Below, in pieces: positions 59,736 through 64,000 of a stretch of 64,000 bases of DNA. How positions within the stretch are numbered: position 1 is the first letter of the stretch; every line of letters starts with the position of its first letter. Source of the stretch: Minisyncoccia bacterium (GTDB lineage: Bacteria; Patescibacteriota; Minisyncoccia; Phycocordibacterales; UBA918); contig JBGSJJ010000016.1 of the NCBI GenBank assembly GCA_041742075.1, positions 83,128 to 147,127 of the forward strand. Direction: 5' to 3'. The position numbers and the translations under genes were made by a program. Under the pieces are notes generated by a model. The model was not told the DNA's origin and did not search any database. It worked only from the letters and a program-made list of their open reading frames with translations.

Positions 59736-60284
59736 TTAGAAATAGAAATTTATTTTTTTATTTAACTCCTCAAGATTTGCGTACGGGTCAGGGTAATCTA
59801 CTCCATTTGGAATAAATCTGATTGATTCCTCAAAGCACTTTTTTGCCTTCATATTCACGTTTGAGCCAGCATACAGCACGCCGATGTTATTACAAATTGT
59901 CGAGTAACTAAGATTAGACTTCAGCGCGAGATAAAATGAGCTGTAATACGCGGGTAACACATATCGGTTGGTGTCTTCATCGTCATATAAAGCGACACCC
60001 ATCACTGGGGTATTTTGCACAATCTTCTGGGCAGTTTCCCCTGTTGGAAATCGCAGTGCTCTTACCCCATCACGTACAGCGTATTTATGAACAATCTTAG
60101 TCGCGAGTTCAGCCCACTCCTCCTCTTCTTCTTCTTCACCAGTATAATTAAAGCCTCTACTTTCTAGTGCGGTAAATTGTAAAGGATTGTTTTTTATGTC
60201 TTCGTATACACAGTGCCCAATTGCGTCAAGAGCATCAAGAGCAGCAGCGAAGTCTACCAATGCGTTCTTATCATCGTAGATCAT
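59736..60284 (-). CDS. Hypothetical protein with C-terminal TPR-like repeat
   Basis: NNIGVLY..AKKCFEESI...P. Confidence 0.6.
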   Translation of the reverse strand: MIYDDKNALVDFAAALDALDAIGHCVYEDIKNNPLQFTALESRGFNYTGEEEEEEEWAELATKIVHKYAVRDGVRALRFPTGETAQKIVQNTPVMGVALYDDEDTNRYVLPAYYSSFYLALKSNLSYSTICNNIGVLYAGSNVNMKAKKCFEESIRFIPNGVDYPDPYANLEELNKKINFYF

Positions 60285-60494
60285 AAAAATATTATAATTT
60301 AGCATTATTCTCCAGCCACAACCAAGACGACAACCATAGAAATAGTCTTCACGAAGTACTTCACATCTTTGTGCTTTTTCATAGAAATACTGTAGCATGA
60401 CATTACCTATACTTATTGAATCACGGTTGACAAATGTCTGTCATCAAGTAAGATAATAATATTACGACGAAAAGGGGCCCGAACGGTTAATTAC

Positions 60495-61013
60495 CTAAGG
60501 CCCCCTTTTCTTTTTCTCGATTTTGTTTCGCATGTTTGGAGCGCTAAGACTGTCAAAATACTGATGACCAAGCCTTTTTAGTAAGGATGAGGCTTTTTGA
60601 CCATCTGGAAATAGCACCTTTTCAAATCGATCCTTCTCAATCAAATAGTCAATTAAATTTTTATAATCCCCATCTCCCGAAACAAGAACGATTTTGTCGA
60701 ATGTTTCATTTTCACACAGTCGACGCATAATGGAAAAAATAATATCGGAATCCACATTCCCTTTTTTGGTACCTAGCATTGCTGCAGTATGCTGTCTGAA
60801 AATTAAAATGAAACCTGCTGCCTGAATCTCTTCGTATAGGTAATCTCGGACACCATCTTCTTGAACGTATCCTAGATAATAGTATGCCTTCTCAACATTG
60901 TACTTTTGCTCTAGATAGACTCGCAAACGTTTTAGGTCAACTTTCCATGGCAAATTACTATGAGTTGTACCCATGTGTAAATTCTGCCCGTCAACGTATG
61001 CAATGTTGCTCAC
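60495..61013 (-). CDS. NYN (PIN-like) domain protein
   Basis: YVDGQNL, KGNVD, LVSGDGDY. Confidence 0.9.
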   Translation of the reverse strand: MSNIAYVDGQNLHMGTTHSNLPWKVDLKRLRVYLEQKYNVEKAYYYLGYVQEDGVRDYLYEEIQAAGFILIFRQHTAAMLGTKKGNVDSDIIFSIMRRLCENETFDKIVLVSGDGDYKNLIDYLIEKDRFEKVLFPDGQKASSLLKRLGHQYFDSLSAPNMRNKIEKKKRGP

Positions 61014-61064
61014 TTATAAAGTATAACAACTTTGAATTGCTATATTCAAACTCAAATTAATTAT

Positions 61065-61835
61065 TTAGTGACCGTAGGAAATTACGAGCACCATTTTGTC
61101 ACAAATCGGACAAAATACGTCTGCCACTGCAGCATCATAGTATTCGGTATTATCTTTAGCGTTACCAGTCCAGCCACAGACTGGGCATGTAACTTCAGAA
61201 GCATCATTGAAGTCTTTTGTAGACATGATAGCCGCAGAGTGCGTGGCTATAAAAGGGATGCCAATCCCTGACTGTAAGGTGCGAGCCGCGCTACAGAGTT
61301 CGTTTGCAAGAGGACTCTCACCCCACGCCATCACTATCGTCCTAATTACGTGCAATGTATGCGCAACTAATTCTTCTTTAGGTGCATTAAAGCGTGCAAA
61401 GGTCGCATCCCCGTCAATTTTATAGTCAGCTATCAGCTCAGTTGCGTTACTAAGTACATCACCAGACTTTACCAAAAGTGACTCGTGAGAAAACTGTCGA
61501 ATCTCTTCAAGTGCTTTCTCCTTGCGTTCATGCCATGACAAGCTTTTATCTTTTTCCGTCACACTATCAACGAGCTCGGCTACATGTTCACCAAATTTTT
61601 CAGCTATCATTTTTCTCGTAACTGATCCATATGGTTCACAATCCTCAATAGTGTCGTGAAGTATCCCAGCTACCACAACATCTTCACTAGCCCCAGCTTG
61701 CGATAGTATTAGACCAACGGTCAGTGGATGTGTAATATAAGGGATATCCTTACCTTTTCTTTTTTGTTTTACCGGTTCCTCGTGCACAGCAATAGCGAAG
61801 TGAATAGCTTGTTGAATTTTGTATGTATAGATCAT
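61065..61835 (-). CDS. HD-domain (p)ppGpp hydrolase-like protein with C-terminal Zn ribbon
   Basis: RKG..PYITHP, LHDTIED, VKSGD..N; CPVC..CPIC. Confidence 0.85.
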   Translation of the reverse strand: MIYTYKIQQAIHFAIAVHEEPVKQKRKGKDIPYITHPLTVGLILSQAGASEDVVVAGILHDTIEDCEPYGSVTRKMIAEKFGEHVAELVDSVTEKDKSLSWHERKEKALEEIRQFSHESLLVKSGDVLSNATELIADYKIDGDATFARFNAPKEELVAHTLHVIRTIVMAWGESPLANELCSAARTLQSGIGIPFIATHSAAIMSTKDFNDASEVTCPVCGWTGNAKDNTEYYDAAVADVFCPICDKMVLVISYGH

Positions 61836-61884
61836 AATTTTTTTGTTAGAGTTTATATTATTTTCTCTCCCAAACCAAAATAAT

Positions 61885-61944
61885 AAAAGCGGCTCGGAGA
61901 GTTGATCCAGTGCAAAAGACTGAATGAAATCTCCCAACCGCTTT
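61885..61944 (-). terminator. Long terminator/attenuator hairpin in the HD gene leader
   Basis: AAAGCGGTTGGGAG..CTCCGAGCCGCTTTT followed by a U-rich tail. Confidence 0.6.
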
Positions 61945-62096
61945 AAGGGTCAGTCGCTCCTACCATGTGGCTTCCCGCAGATTTCCCAGGTTGCCTACCA
62001 ACTTACGAGTGGAGATAGATGCGGTAATCATGCTGATTACCTTTTTATTATACAACAAAAGGTATAATCCTACAAATAATATTATGTAAATTAAGG

Positions 62097-63032
62097 CTAG
62101 GTGTTAATAAGGTCAACGAACCTTATAACCTTGGCTTTTTCCCAATCCATTACTTTAGCGTACAAACCGTTATGTTTATGCGCTTTGTTGTAAATACATC
62201 CTTCACATTCAAATTCCTCTATAACATCCAGCTTTTGTTGATGTCGTTCAAACAGTCTAAATTGCCCAGGAATTACCTCAATCTCATGAAAGCATGTCAT
62301 AGGTACAACATATCGCAAACCGTCCATTTGAAAAATATTCCAGCTTATGATTTCTGCAATTTCTTCTTGACAGTTTATACTTGGTTTTTCTCCAAATTTA
62401 TCTTCATAGTAGTCTATGAAGGTGTATAGAAGATTTTCACGAGCAATCAGCAAGTTGTCCCCTTGCCACTCATAACCATAGCTCGACTTAAATGCTTCTT
62501 TTGACCAATCTATCCAATCTGATTTATTGTCACAAAACTTGGAAACAACTTTCATTTTTCTATCTAAAAAACCAACTCGGCTACCAACTTTAATAAGCAC
62601 ACCATGGGCTACTGGGTTATAACGTGTGACGATAAACGGAGCTTCACCACAAGTAATTTCGAGTTTAATTTGACGAACATACTCTTGCCAGTTGTTCTTA
62701 TTTGGTTGAAATGATTCAAGAGACCTGTTCATCTGATCAACTGTTTTAATTGGTGTAAAAACTTCAGCTTTGTCCTTAGTACGTCTACGTTGCTCCTCAA
62801 GACTTTTAGCCGCACGAGGTTGAATAAGTAGATTATACATTTCCGTCACGAGCTCGGGTTTTATTATTGATGTCGGCAAAAAATCATTACCATTATTAAC
62901 ATATGAATCAGTTCCCCAAATTATATTTTTTCTGGTAGTGCGGTCAATCAACAAAATATTTAGCAAAGAGCCAGATCTATGCAAAAAGCCCTCTTTAACA
63001 TCAATATTTTTTTCTTTAGTTTTATTACTCAT
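62097..63032 (-). CDS. R-M associated methyltransferase-like subunit
   Basis: KAEVFTP, LEITCGEAPF, YGYEWQGDNL, NIFQMDG. Confidence 0.8.
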   Translation of the reverse strand: MSNKTKEKNIDVKEGFLHRSGSLLNILLIDRTTRKNIIWGTDSYVNNGNDFLPTSIIKPELVTEMYNLLIQPRAAKSLEEQRRRTKDKAEVFTPIKTVDQMNRSLESFQPNKNNWQEYVRQIKLEITCGEAPFIVTRYNPVAHGVLIKVGSRVGFLDRKMKVVSKFCDNKSDWIDWSKEAFKSSYGYEWQGDNLLIARENLLYTFIDYYEDKFGEKPSINCQEEIAEIISWNIFQMDGLRYVVPMTCFHEIEVIPGQFRLFERHQQKLDVIEEFECEGCIYNKAHKHNGLYAKVMDWEKAKVIRFVDLINT

Positions 63033-63068
63033 GAATATAATAAAATCTAACTACAAATATGTACCAAA

Positions 63069-64000
63069 CTATTCTTTTTTTGAGCTTACAGAAGATTCAA
63101 TATGGAGTTTTAATTCGTCAGTAAATTTATATTTTTCATAGAGCCACTCATCTGTAAATAATTTGCCATCTAATTCATCGATGTAAAGTATGTAATCAGG
63201 AATATTATCAAAGCCTCTTACATAAAGATCTTTTTGCGTTATTGACATTAGAAATCTTGCAGTTTTTGTCATGAATAAACTTCTAATAAGATCGAGGTGG
63301 TAATCGTCGTCCTTCTCTGGTAATACAAATAAAACATCACCACTTGCTATTGTATTTTTCTCAACAATTTTTGGATTGTTATTGAAGATATTTCCACTTT
63401 TTCCTGCAATAGCATGTCCCTTTTTATCAAGCATTACTTTTCTGGTGCTAAGAATTTCATGAGGAATTTTATTCAAAACGGTTTTGTCAATATAAAACCA
63501 ACCAAATCTTGTTCCTTTACCAGAACCATTATTAGCCCAAATTTTTACTGGCTGTGATAGTTTTTCACTTGATTTTTGCAATTTGTCCTTATGCTTATTT
63601 TTACTGTACCCGAATTCACTTCCGCCAAGGCTACCGATATTTCCTACTATTCTATCGCGCATTGTTTTACCTTCATTTAAGAGAGGTTTCAATTTATCAA
63701 GAATTTCTTTTTCAAATGGGTTAGAAAAAAATTGTTCTGTTTTATGGTAGTAACCATAAGGTTTACTTTCAATTGAGTAACTAATTTTTCCTCTAAAGTT
63801 TTTTTGGAAGATTGTTATACATACACCTCCGTCAATAGTTACCGCCGGAAATAACTTCGTTGCATCTGGATAGAAGTCAAATCTCTTAAGTCCGGAATCT
63901 ATTATTTGATCGCGAACTTTTACCATATGTTTTTTTGGAATAACCCACCTACCAGGATGAATTATTGCAGCATTATCTGAAATTTCCGCAGCAAAAAAAA
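63069..64000 (-). CDS. Eco57I-like R-M methylase, C-terminal part (partial)
   Basis: Frame open to the window edge; IIHPGRW, FPAVTIDGGVC, TDEWLYEKY. Confidence 0.75.
   Translation of the reverse strand, partial: FFAAEISDNAAIIHPGRWVIPKKHMVKVRDQIIDSGLKRFDFYPDATKLFPAVTIDGGVCITIFQKNFRGKISYSIESKPYGYYHKTEQFFSNPFEKEILDKLKPLLNEGKTMRDRIVGNIGSLGGSEFGYSKNKHKDKLQKSSEKLSQPVKIWANNGSGKGTRFGWFYIDKTVLNKIPHEILSTRKVMLDKKGHAIAGKSGNIFNNNPKIVEKNTIASGDVLFVLPEKDDDYHLDLIRSLFMTKTARFLMSITQKDLYVRGFDNIPDYILYIDELDGKLFTDEWLYEKYKFTDELKLHIESSVSSKKE

Overview
The host looks like a Patescibacteria/CPR (Parcubacteria-like) chromosome, inferred from a minimal F-type ATPase operon with short delta and epsilon subunits, apparently leaderless genes and CPR-type small proteins. 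Positions ~1233-37692 are an apparently intact ~36.4-kb podovirus-like prophage integrated in the 3' end of ychF. The displaced original ychF tail (..EFRI*) and a downstream hairpin sit at 1191-1260, and the prophage ends carry 22-bp inverted repeats. Read on the minus strand, the prophage has early/replication genes, methylases, terminase, a P22-like head/tail/ejection module, lysis genes, an ~11-kb defence/cargo block (unusual two-MTase R-M system with a LAGLIDADG-like nuclease, RloC-like ATPase-HEPN, DUF2779) and a tyrosine integrase. No CI/Cro-type repressor is recognisable. Instead, a ~210-nt structured RNA precedes int. Its C4/CI-like three-way-junction domain exposes UGCUAC, complementary to the loop of the terminator gating int, and a second copy of that domain sits on a start codon in the early lytic operon. 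Four late operons share a promoter motif AGTAATRCACC-N22-YAWRCT. The host side (37.7-64 kb) holds ychF, tspO, an RND pump, the atp operon with palindromic repeats, yhhQ, two candidate free-standing ncRNAs, NYN and HD genes and part of an Eco57I-like R-M locus. All calls come from reading the sequence; no database searches were run.
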